Positions 11,582 to 21,186 of a stretch of DNA of 64,000 nt are shown one piece after another; positions within the stretch are counted from its first letter, which is position 1, and the number at the start of each line of letters is the position of its first letter. The notes under the pieces are model-generated. The model ran no database searches and was not told the DNA's origin. It saw only the letters and a program-made list of their open reading frames with translations. The translations under genes were made by a program, and so were the position numbers. Source of the DNA: a virus (Duplodnaviria; Caudoviricetes); IMG/VR virus record IMGVR_UViG_3300042940_001591; one strand, 5' to 3'.

Positions 11582-12562
11582 TTATAGATCACTCTCTTCT
11601 GTTACAACTTCTACGTCCGTAATGTCTGTAACATTAACACCTAACATCTTACTGATGTAATCACCACTTTCTTTTTTGTACTCTTCAAGAGATTTTTTTT
11701 CTTCTCCTTCCTCTCGTCCAGCCATAAATCCGTGTGATGTAACCAAGATACGTCCGTCTTCATATCCTAAACCATTGATGTGGTTTTTCATGATAGAGAT
11801 TTTTGTTCTTGTTGCTATTTTTACTTTTCTCTTATCTTTAGTGATAGAGATTTTAGTCGTTCCTGCACCTTTTTGATTACCAAATAAGAATACGATACTT
11901 GAGTTTAACCAAATGGCTTCACCACCTTTTGCTTTAATCTTCGGTTGTCCGAAAGGATTATCAGGTAATTCTACCCAAGGTTGGTTAACAATGATTAATG
12001 TGTTCGTATAAGACTTATCTGTTCTTCTTGAACCTGAGATACGTTGGTTGATACCCATTCCAATTTTGTCAGCTAAAACTGATGCATTGTGTTGTTTACC
12101 ACCTTTACCATCGTAAGTCATTTTACATGGAACCGAACCTACTGAATCCCATAAGATTAATAAATCGTGAGGTAAATCTCCTTTCTCTTGTGCATCTAAT
12201 AATTCATTGATATAATCTGTGATTTGTTCAATGTACTCAAAATCACTGTTGAAAAGATAATCTCCTCCTTTATCGAATCCCATTAATTCAGCATGGTCCC
12301 AACTCCATTTTTGTTCTGTGATAATAAACACGGGAACAATACCTTTCTTTTGAGCATCTACCGCTGACTTTACAAGTGCGGTTGTTTTACCTGTATCACT
12401 ATGTCCTAACAACATATTGATGTGACCCATTGCGGGGCCAGGTATACCTGTAGCGTCTAAGAAGGCACTACCCAAATCGAAAAAACGGTCTGGTTTATAT
12501 TCTGCCTCTTTTGAGAATTTCTTCTTAATAGAAGAAAAATCTGTTTTTTTAATTCCTGCCAT
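11582..12562 (-). CDS. uvsX: RecA/UvsX-like recombinase
   Basis: Walker A GHSDTGKTT, LWDSVGS, IIVNQ, GGEAIW, KNHING. Confidence 0.9.
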   Translation of the reverse strand: MAGIKKTDFSSIKKKFSKEAEYKPDRFFDLGSAFLDATGIPGPAMGHINMLLGHSDTGKTTALVKSAVDAQKKGIVPVFIITEQKWSWDHAELMGFDKGGDYLFNSDFEYIEQITDYINELLDAQEKGDLPHDLLILWDSVGSVPCKMTYDGKGGKQHNASVLADKIGMGINQRISGSRRTDKSYTNTLIIVNQPWVELPDNPFGQPKIKAKGGEAIWLNSSIVFLFGNQKGAGTTKISITKDKRKVKIATRTKISIMKNHINGLGYEDGRILVTSHGFMAGREEGEEKKSLEEYKKESGDYISKMLGVNVTDITDVEVVTEESDL

Positions 12563-12618
12563 GTTTTTGTTTTTTAAAGGATGTTCCCGACAACAATGTC
12601 GGGAACATCATAAATTAA

Positions 12619-13464
12619 TTAGAATGGTAAATCTCCATCAACATCATCTTCTTCTTGTGGGTCAACCACAGGAGTAGAAGTTTTTGGTGATGCAATTACC
12701 TCATCACTTGTAGATGATGAAACGTATCTTTTTTGGTCTGAATCCCAACGTGGGGCTTCACCTCTTGCAACTAACTCTAAGTAGTCTTCACCCTTCTTAG
12801 CATATACATCTGACCAAGTTAATTCATCCTCTAACCATGTTTTTGCAACATCTGCATCCGTGTGTAAAACACCTGAATCTTCAGGGATGATTGAATTAAT
12901 TGTTGTGTATTCCTTACCGTTACCTGATTTAGTTAATGCCAAAGAAAGAATCAAATCACGTCCTGTTTCTGCATTAGTGATATCTCCTTTGTTACGGAAA
13001 ATTGGGAATACTTTATCCATAATACCATCACCTTTGTGGTTATGTTTAAATCTCCAAAATTTAACTCCGTCATTTTCATGGTCACGGTCAATAACCTTTA
13101 CAATGTAAAATTTACGAGAACGGTATGTACGTGCTAATTCTTTATCAGAATCAACACCAGTCATCATTAAACCTTCATAAACCTCGTTTAATGGTGAACG
13201 CTTACCTTCTTGTTTAGGGTCGAATAATTTAACCCATTTTCCATCCACTTGAACTTCGTGGAAATAAGCCTCTACAAATGGTGAACTACCATCTTTTGTA
13301 GGTAAAATACGAATACGTCTTTCTTCACCTTTAGAACCCTTAGGTAATACGGTTGTGAAATACTTCTTCATTCTATCCTCTTGGGATACCTTGTTTGCAT
13401 TGCCACTTGTGGCGTTGTTCTTGTTTTTCTCGTACTGTGCTAGTACTGCGTCAAATGTAGACAT
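12619..13464 (-). CDS. Single-stranded DNA-binding protein, gp32-like
   Basis: RRIRILP...PFVEAYFHEV, YIVKVIDR, GVKFWRF, DITNAETGRDL and acidic tail EEDDVDGDLPF. Confidence 0.88.
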   Translation of the reverse strand: MSTFDAVLAQYEKNKNNATSGNANKVSQEDRMKKYFTTVLPKGSKGEERRIRILPTKDGSSPFVEAYFHEVQVDGKWVKLFDPKQEGKRSPLNEVYEGLMMTGVDSDKELARTYRSRKFYIVKVIDRDHENDGVKFWRFKHNHKGDGIMDKVFPIFRNKGDITNAETGRDLILSLALTKSGNGKEYTTINSIIPEDSGVLHTDADVAKTWLEDELTWSDVYAKKGEDYLELVARGEAPRWDSDQKRYVSSSTSDEVIASPKTSTPVVDPQEEDDVDGDLPF

Positions 13465-13510
13465 AATTGTTAAAATTTAAGTTTTTAAAACGTTATAGTA
13501 AAATATACAT

Positions 13511-13540
13511 AAAAAAACCCAGACTTGGAAATCTGGGTTA
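13511..13540 (-). terminator. Rho-independent terminator upstream of the SSB/replication operon
   Basis: Minus strand AACCCAGAT-TTCCAA-GTCTGGGTT plus TTTTT; it has the same AACCCAG/CTGGGTT arms as the nrdA terminator. Confidence 0.75.
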
Positions 13541-13571
13541 AATTATTTTTAAAGTTTTTTTTAAGGTTGAA

Positions 13572-13799
13572 TTACCAAGAAATCACATATCTTGGATAGG
13601 TTCCCATAGTGTCATATGTGGTATCCACCGTAAAACCATAAGATTTTAATGTGGTAATCATTTGTGGGTTTACTCTTGCTCCATCCACCGTTATAGAGTA
13701 TAAACCTTGAGCAGTTGCTCCAGTTACTAAACTATCTATGTAAGATAATGAACTTGTTGCTGTGTTTGATGCAATTCTTGCCGCTGAACCTGATATCAT
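13572..13799 (-). CDS. Small hypothetical protein
   Basis: 75-aa ORF in the operon, followed by a terminator. Confidence 0.65.
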   Translation of the reverse strand: MISGSAARIASNTATSSLSYIDSLVTGATAQGLYSITVDGARVNPQMITTLKSYGFTVDTTYDTMGTYPRYVISW

Positions 13800-13825
13800 T
13801 TAATTTGGTTTTTTTAATAATTTTA

Positions 13826-14197
13826 TTATTCTAATGTTAAAAGATAAGATAATTTATTCAATTCTCCTAAGATTTCGTCACGAATATTTAATAAATCGGT
13901 ATCTGACGAGTCTAATTGCTCACTCATTTGAACCAACGCATCTCTTACTGTTGAAATCATACCCTTCATATCTAATTCAGATAAGTTACTTAATTGAATT
14001 GTTTTTGTTTCCTCATCTAATGTAAATCTACCATATTTTCCCATTGCGGACTCAATAAATGTGTCGATTAAATCACTTAATGAATCATAAAATCCACCAA
14101 ATGCGTTGTGTCTAGCATAACCTTTGGTTTGCCAATGATTAATCTTCATTTGTGTTTGTAATCCCAATAAAAAGTTTACGTTAGAACTTATATTCAT
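13826..14197 (-). CDS. Dps/ferritin-like four-helix protein (DUF5856-like)
   Basis: INHWQTKGYARHNAFGGFYDSLSDLIDTFIES keeps the Dps HW...H...DxxxE pattern; C-terminal LLNIRDEILGELNKLSYLLTLE. Confidence 0.75.
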   Translation of the reverse strand: MNISSNVNFLLGLQTQMKINHWQTKGYARHNAFGGFYDSLSDLIDTFIESAMGKYGRFTLDEETKTIQLSNLSELDMKGMISTVRDALVQMSEQLDSSDTDLLNIRDEILGELNKLSYLLTLE

Positions 14198-14828
14198 CTT
14201 CTTGTTGTTCTGGATTAAATGAGGTTTTTATAGTATCTGTTGGATAATTATCAACTTCATTTTTGGTTAATACATATTCATTTTTACCACTTACTTGCAT
14301 TTCACCTTGTTTATGTGCGAAAAATTCTTGTGGTTTTTCATTAAACGGATATGAATCCAATGAACGCATTTCAAGTTTCTCAACTCCCGTTTTTGGTTTT
14401 GACGCTTCAACTTTAGCACCCAATTCGTCAATTTTAGCCATAACTTGGTCCATTTGAGATAATTTAGATTCTAAATCACTTAATTTGGTAAACACATCAT
14501 CCATCTTTCCGATAACATCTCCATTTTCGTTTTTACTATCCTCAACATCTTTTTTAAGACTTTTAGTCATATTAACTAAATCTGTAATATCAATCTCTTC
14601 TGTTGTATCGGTTTCAGCCGGTACATCAGCAGGTGCAGCTGCAGGGTCAATAGGTGCCGCGGGGTCAATAGGTGGTGCCACTGCATCTAATGCTGGGTCA
14701 GCTGGTGGTGCCACCGCATCTAATGCTGGGTCAGCTGGAGGAGCATCTTGCTCCATTATCATCGTTTTACCATATTTGTTAATGGCTTTGTAACGATTTA
14801 ATTCTTCTTGTAGTTTTTGTTCTAACAT
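14181..14828 (-). CDS. Putative internal head protein with Pro/Ala/Asp repeats and a coiled coil
   Basis: MLEQKLQEELNRYKAINKY...IMEQ, then (PPADPALDAVA)x2 and PIDPAA repeats. Confidence 0.7.
   Translation of the reverse strand: MLEQKLQEELNRYKAINKYGKTMIMEQDAPPADPALDAVAPPADPALDAVAPPIDPAAPIDPAAAPADVPAETDTTEEIDITDLVNMTKSLKKDVEDSKNENGDVIGKMDDVFTKLSDLESKLSQMDQVMAKIDELGAKVEASKPKTGVEKLEMRSLDSYPFNEKPQEFFAHKQGEMQVSGKNEYVLTKNEVDNYPTDTIKTSFNPEQQEDEYKF
14641..14736. repeat. Coding tandem repeats (2 x 33 bp and 2 x 18 bp)
   Basis: ggtggtgccac(t/c)gcatctaatgctgggtcagct at 14671-14703 and 14704-14736; gc(a/g)gggtcaataggtg at 14641 and 14659. Confidence 0.9.
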
Positions 14829-14831
14829 GGC

Positions 14832-15032
14832 TTAATCTTGTAATAATTGTCTTCCGTCGTTTGTAACGTATTTTTTATTTATTCTTTCAACAATTCCGTC
14901 TTTTTCTCTGATTGTGTAACATTCTCCCGTTACCATATCACATTCTTCTCTTTCCATTCCGTCATTAGAAACCTTTCTAACTTTTTTTGGATTTAAGAAT
15001 TGATCTACTGCATTAATTTTATTATTTTCCAT
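14832..15032 (-). CDS. Small hypothetical protein
   Basis: 66-aa ORF with a TATTTAT motif upstream (15051-15057). Confidence 0.7.
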   Translation of the reverse strand: MENNKINAVDQFLNPKKVRKVSNDGMEREECDMVTGECYTIREKDGIVERINKKYVTNDGRQLLQD

Positions 15033-15077
15033 AATATTCTTTTATATTGTATAAATATCCCAAATTTGTTAATATTC

Positions 15078-18000
15078 TTATGTCATTGTGAAATAAACAA
15101 CATCTCCATCATATAATCCCAATTTGGTCATTAATGATTGTGATAATGCGATTCCATATCCATCGAGATTTGGTCCAACATTTATTGGTCCTGTTATATT
15201 ATCCTTTGTGATGGGGTTACTTCCATTTGGTGTTATTGTTATTTTTTTATTTGTTTTGGGGTTAAGAAAATGAGTGGTTGCTCCGGCATGTGTTATATTA
15301 ACTCCTTGTGTTTTATTAACTGTTCCAATAATAATATCCGCAGATGCAACACTCAAATCAAATCTTAATGAATAAAAGTCTTTTTCTTTGTTAATATCCC
15401 CCCAAGTTAAATAACTAACATATTCTCCATTATTATTCATCGTCGTACCCTGTATGGTTTTTGATTTTAGTCGAGACAATAAATTCATTTGAATTGCATC
15501 TTCAGGTTTATATGTTTTACCTCCCATCCCAACAGCAATTGCTCTAAAGTATTCATTCTTGTTATATGTTACTTTTTGGATGTATTTCTCACCATTATAT
15601 CCGTTATATCTAACACCAAATACATTGACCCCCGTTTCTTTTGTTAATTGTTCTCCTTTAATTTCTTGTTCCTTACCCCCCATATCAATAGTAAATGTAC
15701 CTTGGTCAGTACTAATTGATTTTTCATTTTTAGTCGAACCTGTTATGTTTAAACTATCTTGTTTAACTCGAGCAACCGCACTTTTGGTAATTCTATCGAA
15801 TAACGCCCTATAACTTGCCATGAATGAATCTTTAGGGTCTGGTAATGAAGCATATGGTATTCTTGTACCCTTAAACGAAGTTGTTATGTTGTTGTTATTG
15901 ATTTTATGTGATACCTCTGTAATCCAATATGAACCTTTGAACATTGGTATGTTTTTCAAATAAAAATACATTGTTGGTTGTATCATTACATTACCTAAAC
16001 ACGTAACATCACAAGTATATGACGCTTGTCTGTATATGTCAAATAATCCAATATCTACTTGGTGTGCTCCCGATCCTGATTCGGACCTACCTAAATTTTC
16101 TTGAGCAATAAATGATTCCGTAGTATTTCTTATTGAACTTTGGTCTAAACTAACCCCTTTGAAAATACTTTGGTTTTGGTCTCCAAAATTAACTTCAAAC
16201 GCAACCACCTTATTTGATTTTGATAAATCAGCATTGCTGAATATATCAGGTATGGTTATGACTAAAGGATTTTTATTTGCATTACCAACATTAAAACTGT
16301 CGTCATTAAAATTGTATTTTTTACTAACATCAGCCATTTCCAAATGTTTGGAAGTTGGTCCCGTATATTGTAAAATCATCTTTGGAGACGATTCTTGATA
16401 ATCTACCTCTAAAAACGTACCAAATAAATTTTGAGCCACCTTTTTAGATGGTGTTAATTTAGATTTGGTTGTTAAATTTGTTCCATAAAAATTTACATAT
16501 GCTGGTAAACCTCTCATATCAAATCCAGTACCATTTATCAACATACCAATAAGACCGTATAGGTTTTGTTTGTCGTTTTCCGGTTCTTCTAACGGTATTA
16601 GTTTTTCTAAACTAAAATACGCTTTATCTCCAATATCTCTATTTGCTTTATCTAAAAATAAAAATTCCTCTAATAACAATCTTTGTCCTATAGAATTACC
16701 TGCAATCCATTTATCATTAAATGATTTAAAATAATTATATTGTTCAAGTTTCATGGGACTGTCATTGTACCCATTTAAAATTGTTTGTTGTATTGTTTTT
16801 GTTTCACTCTTAAGACCAACAAGTTTAGATATAATAGTATTCAAATATAAATCTTGTCTATTTTGAATTCCGTTATGGAATATAGTGTTATATGAAAGTA
16901 TGTTACTAATTAGATATTGTTGGAATGCTCCTTTTGTATTTGTACCTCCATTTTTTCTATAACCCGCATAGATGTAAACTAAAGGTCTAAAAATTCTAAA
17001 ATATTCTTCAGTAAATTCTACATTATTAGTACTGAAAAATTCCACATAATAATTTGTCGGTGTTCCCGTATATGGTTCTGTACCAATTATTAATTTTAAA
17101 TCCTTTTGATTTGTTGTGTCTCCTGTTTGTACAATATCAAAATTATTATATGAGAAACTTTTTACGCTTCCACTTTCCGCAAATCCATTCCAAGTGTATA
17201 AATCAATTTCTTTCGGGTTACCAATAGTTATCTTTATTAAATTAGAATCAGATAAAATATCTTTTGTTATTGTTTTTAAATTTTCTAATTGTTGTTCTCT
17301 TAAAGTTTTTATTAACAAATTTGTGTTTGTTGGGTCGCTATCTTTCTTTTTAACCGTTACAATAGATTTTAATAAATTTTGAAAGTTATCCTGTTTTACG
17401 GATTTAAATTTTTTGTATGGGGTTTCCTCGATAACTCTTTCAGTTGCAAAGTCTAAAAAGTATTCCTCAAATTTATCTAAAATATCAGGACTAAAAGTTG
17501 CAATTAAATCATTAACCTTTTTAAATTTAATAGAACTATCCATCACTAAGTAATCTCCAAAATTAACATCAATGTGATATTCATCATAAGATGGAAACGT
17601 TTTACCCGTATAAGTTGTATAAACAGTTTCATCTGTCCACACTATTCTAAATGAATTTTGTCCTTTATTAAAGTTTTTTTCTGAATCTGAACCTGTTGTT
17701 AAATCTAAATTTGAAGATGAGTTTGCTCCAACTGATGGTAATAATGTATAGTGTGTATCTGTTGATTTTAATTTAGAATTATCAACAAATGATGTCCAAT
17801 ATCTAAATTCATCTCCGTTTGATACTCTATCAAAATTTATTGTATTACTTGTTGTTCTACCAGTAAAAGAATTAACACCGCTTGGTGCATTAATATCAAA
17901 ATGACTATAATCATTTATAAATTGGTGGTAAAGAGCGTCGTAGAATGGATGAACTCCTGTATCAAGTACATCACTAACAGTTTCATTACCAATTTCAATT

Positions 18001-20873
18001 TCGCCAGGAACGTTAAATCCGGGGCAAGTGAAAAATGCTCCTGTATCAATCGAAGATGTTATTCCACTTATAATATCAACATTTTCAGTTAGATACTTTT
18101 TATATCTATGATATTGGGAACCCCACTTTAACATTAAATGATATGGAATATAGTGTGAAGAACTTACTTCTTTAAATAACGAAGAAGGTCTTGTACTTGA
18201 TAATCCAAAGTTAACCATTTCATCTAAATCAACAAATGGTAATGAGTTTAATAAAAGATACGCGGAACCCACATATTTTCCGTATGATGATGTTTTATGT
18301 AAATCGTTATATAATTGTTTATGAAAATATGGTGTGTTTAAAATATTAACAGAACTAAATAAACCATCAGAAGTATCTAAATCTAATTTTCTTGCAAAAA
18401 TATCTGTTGTATAACCATCTTTAATCCAAAACAATGAATTGATTGGTGAACTAATTAACCCTTCTTTAGTGTTTACCTGTAAAATACCTTCAAATTTAAA
18501 TTCTTGAGGTTCAAATTTTGGTTTTTTAATATAAGACAAGTATTGTTCAGAATTGAATGGGTATATTTTTGTTCTATATGGTTCCGCTAAATATGAAAAT
18601 AAATTACTATTTAAGTTTTTATAAAGATTCCCTGACTCACCACTTTTTTTAGATGTTGTATATTCTTCTATTTGAAATGGTTTTGCCAATAATTGGTTAA
18701 CATATTCTACCGTTGGTAATTGGTCTTGTACATATGGATATCTTTCAAATGGTGAAAACGATAAAAGGTATTGTTCCATTTTTTCTTTACTATCTATCGT
18801 ATTTAAAATATCTATAATATCATAATCTTCTTTTAATAGTTTCTCCAAATTAGAAAAATCAATTAATGCCAATTCTTTTATTGATGCATTATTAAAAGTG
18901 TCAATTGCCATCGTATATCTAGACCTTTCATATATTTCATATATAAGAGAAGAAATAGATTTATTTGAATATGGAACATTTGGTGTTAAACTTAATAACG
19001 TTGATATATTATTGAAATTTTGTTCTTGTGAATTTTCTTCAAAAATGTAACTAATATTACCAACATTACCTTCTTTTTGTGCTAATGAGTCGAGTCTTTT
19101 AGTTGCAACTCCGTGGTAGTTTTCAAGAAAATCTATTTCAGGCCAAAGTGATCTGTTAAAACTTTGTAATTTTTGTTGTAACTCAGGGTCTCCTGGATAC
19201 GCCAAAACTTTTTGTTTGTTTGGTGTTTGTTTTTTAATTTCAGGCCATGGGTAAATTTGTCCGTCTTTTGACTCATCTTCTAAATTACCTATTATTTTTT
19301 TTCTTCTTTCCGCAACTTCAAATGCTCTATTATGAACATCTTTCATTAATCTAATGTAAACATCTGCATTTGCAAGAATAACACCTATAATATTTCTTAT
19401 TGTAGGTTCAAAACCAATTCCACCCTTTGTTGGGTCTTTAATAACTTCATTAATTTTTTGTTCAACTTTAGCCTCTAACTTGTCTCTTTGTGCAACAAAT
19501 GATTTTTGTATGTTGAATATGTCCGTTAAAATTGCATTTAAGTTTACAATTATTTTACCTTCGTGAGGTGCAAAACCATTACAGTACTCACCAACTTTTT
19601 TAATTTGATTAATAAAAGAAAATGTTTCTTTTTTAAAATCAGCCCCTGTATCGTTAATGTATTTTTGGGCAAATAACTGTGTTTTTAATAGTTCTTTTGG
19701 GTATTCTATTAATATTTTTTCTAATGTTCCGGCTTTTTCTGGATTTATTAATTTAGTTGTACTTGTTTTTTCCTGTCCTGAAAGATAACTATATGTAACT
19801 CCTGTGACTCCATTTATTTCAAATGTGTTTTTTTCTAAGTTAATTGAACCCCAAGTTCTAACCGCAGTTTCAAAATTCTGTACTGTTTTTTCAAATTCCT
19901 TTAAACCTGCAAATATTTTATAATCAACCACTTGGTTGAATATTTCCTTTTCTAATATTTTATCTAAACTTCTTGCAACCGTAATAACTTCTCTTAGTGT
20001 TTTCGTTGGGAAGTTTTTAGGTAATAATCCCTTTGCAATATATTCATCATATACCGACCTCAACATTGTATAACCTCTTGAAGATTTTGAAACCTTCTTC
20101 TCGTATCTACCCGTTTTTTCGTTAAAAGATGTGTTTGTTTCTTTTTCAATTGCATACATATACGGAGCATTTAATATACCCGTTAATGGTATGTCGTTTA
20201 GATATGCATATGTTGAACCAACAAATGTGGTTGAAACTTCAAAATTACCATTTGATTCGTTGTATTTTGTATTAAATTTAACTAAATGTAAACGATATCT
20301 AATTGCCTTACCATAATATCCTTTTACTGTTAAGTAAAATATTGGCCAAGGCATGTGAAAAAACGCATTATATGGTGAATTCTCAGGAGACTCAAATAAA
20401 GTCTTACCTCTAACATCGATAAAGTTTATGTTAATTTGTGGTATGAAATTTGCACCTTTGATATTGATGTTAATACTGTCAATACCAAAAGATTGTGCGG
20501 TTCCATCATAACCTTTATTTTCAACACCTTTATAAATTTGATTACCGTTAGAATCTTTTTCAGTAACAACGTTGTCACTACCATTATATGCCTCGGTCCA
20601 TGACGTATCGTAATCTCCTGTTTTTGGTTTTAGAATGTTGAGTGTTCCTTTTGCAACAGAGACCAATGTGGTTTTATTACCCGAATCAACTAATGTGGTT
20701 CTTGGAATTAAATCAGCCTCTAAATTAACATACATCACCAAGTTTTCTTGTTTAACCCCTCTTTCTTCAACAACGCCATTGTTCACAACGCTGTTTGGGT
20801 CGATGTATATTAAATTGTTTTGGTCAACTTTGACTAATATATTTTCACCACTGTTTAACTTATTGTTCGCCAT
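15078..20873 (-). CDS. Giant baseplate hub-like protein (gp27/GPD-like N- and C-terminal parts, 1931 aa)
   Basis: N-part FGIDSININI...PQININFIDVRGKTLFE; C-part YTCDVTCLGNVMIQPTMYFYLKNIPMFKGSYWITEVSHKI...TSFKGTR resembles the hub C-terminus; position in the baseplate cluster. Confidence 0.65.
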   Translation of the reverse strand: MANNKLNSGENILVKVDQNNLIYIDPNSVVNNGVVEERGVKQENLVMYVNLEADLIPRTTLVDSGNKTTLVSVAKGTLNILKPKTGDYDTSWTEAYNGSDNVVTEKDSNGNQIYKGVENKGYDGTAQSFGIDSININIKGANFIPQININFIDVRGKTLFESPENSPYNAFFHMPWPIFYLTVKGYYGKAIRYRLHLVKFNTKYNESNGNFEVSTTFVGSTYAYLNDIPLTGILNAPYMYAIEKETNTSFNEKTGRYEKKVSKSSRGYTMLRSVYDEYIAKGLLPKNFPTKTLREVITVARSLDKILEKEIFNQVVDYKIFAGLKEFEKTVQNFETAVRTWGSINLEKNTFEINGVTGVTYSYLSGQEKTSTTKLINPEKAGTLEKILIEYPKELLKTQLFAQKYINDTGADFKKETFSFINQIKKVGEYCNGFAPHEGKIIVNLNAILTDIFNIQKSFVAQRDKLEAKVEQKINEVIKDPTKGGIGFEPTIRNIIGVILANADVYIRLMKDVHNRAFEVAERRKKIIGNLEDESKDGQIYPWPEIKKQTPNKQKVLAYPGDPELQQKLQSFNRSLWPEIDFLENYHGVATKRLDSLAQKEGNVGNISYIFEENSQEQNFNNISTLLSLTPNVPYSNKSISSLIYEIYERSRYTMAIDTFNNASIKELALIDFSNLEKLLKEDYDIIDILNTIDSKEKMEQYLLSFSPFERYPYVQDQLPTVEYVNQLLAKPFQIEEYTTSKKSGESGNLYKNLNSNLFSYLAEPYRTKIYPFNSEQYLSYIKKPKFEPQEFKFEGILQVNTKEGLISSPINSLFWIKDGYTTDIFARKLDLDTSDGLFSSVNILNTPYFHKQLYNDLHKTSSYGKYVGSAYLLLNSLPFVDLDEMVNFGLSSTRPSSLFKEVSSSHYIPYHLMLKWGSQYHRYKKYLTENVDIISGITSSIDTGAFFTCPGFNVPGEIEIGNETVSDVLDTGVHPFYDALYHQFINDYSHFDINAPSGVNSFTGRTTSNTINFDRVSNGDEFRYWTSFVDNSKLKSTDTHYTLLPSVGANSSSNLDLTTGSDSEKNFNKGQNSFRIVWTDETVYTTYTGKTFPSYDEYHIDVNFGDYLVMDSSIKFKKVNDLIATFSPDILDKFEEYFLDFATERVIEETPYKKFKSVKQDNFQNLLKSIVTVKKKDSDPTNTNLLIKTLREQQLENLKTITKDILSDSNLIKITIGNPKEIDLYTWNGFAESGSVKSFSYNNFDIVQTGDTTNQKDLKLIIGTEPYTGTPTNYYVEFFSTNNVEFTEEYFRIFRPLVYIYAGYRKNGGTNTKGAFQQYLISNILSYNTIFHNGIQNRQDLYLNTIISKLVGLKSETKTIQQTILNGYNDSPMKLEQYNYFKSFNDKWIAGNSIGQRLLLEEFLFLDKANRDIGDKAYFSLEKLIPLEEPENDKQNLYGLIGMLINGTGFDMRGLPAYVNFYGTNLTTKSKLTPSKKVAQNLFGTFLEVDYQESSPKMILQYTGPTSKHLEMADVSKKYNFNDDSFNVGNANKNPLVITIPDIFSNADLSKSNKVVAFEVNFGDQNQSIFKGVSLDQSSIRNTTESFIAQENLGRSESGSGAHQVDIGLFDIYRQASYTCDVTCLGNVMIQPTMYFYLKNIPMFKGSYWITEVSHKINNNNITTSFKGTRIPYASLPDPKDSFMASYRALFDRITKSAVARVKQDSLNITGSTKNEKSISTDQGTFTIDMGGKEQEIKGEQLTKETGVNVFGVRYNGYNGEKYIQKVTYNKNEYFRAIAVGMGGKTYKPEDAIQMNLLSRLKSKTIQGTTMNNNGEYVSYLTWGDINKEKDFYSLRFDLSVASADIIIGTVNKTQGVNITHAGATTHFLNPKTNKKITITPNGSNPITKDNITGPINVGPNLDGYGIALSQSLMTKLGLYDGDVVYFTMT

Positions 20874-21186
20874 AATATAACTTGTACAATTCTACAGCAC
20901 TTTTGTAATCTTGTAAAGTGCTAATCAGAGGAAATGGTATTCTAATAAAAGAATTATCAGGTATTTCAAATTCCACACTACCAAGTAATGGATTTGCTTG
21001 TAATATAATCCAACCAAATAATGGTGAGTTATAATACTCTTGTGATATTTTATCTAATCTATCTTTACCCCTTTTGTATTGCATATACTTATCACTTCCC
21101 TTTATAGGAATTTCAATGCCAGGGACAATTCTAAATTTACCGTCCGCTAAAAAATATTGGTACCTGTCAAAATAGTCCCTACTCAT
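20860..21186 (-). CDS. LysM-like baseplate protein (gp53 / tail X-like)
   Basis: KRGKDRLDKISQEYYNSPLFGWIILQANP...EIPDNSFIRIP. Confidence 0.8.
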   Translation of the reverse strand: MSRDYFDRYQYFLADGKFRIVPGIEIPIKGSDKYMQYKRGKDRLDKISQEYYNSPLFGWIILQANPLLGSVEFEIPDNSFIRIPFPLISTLQDYKSAVELYKLYYGEQ

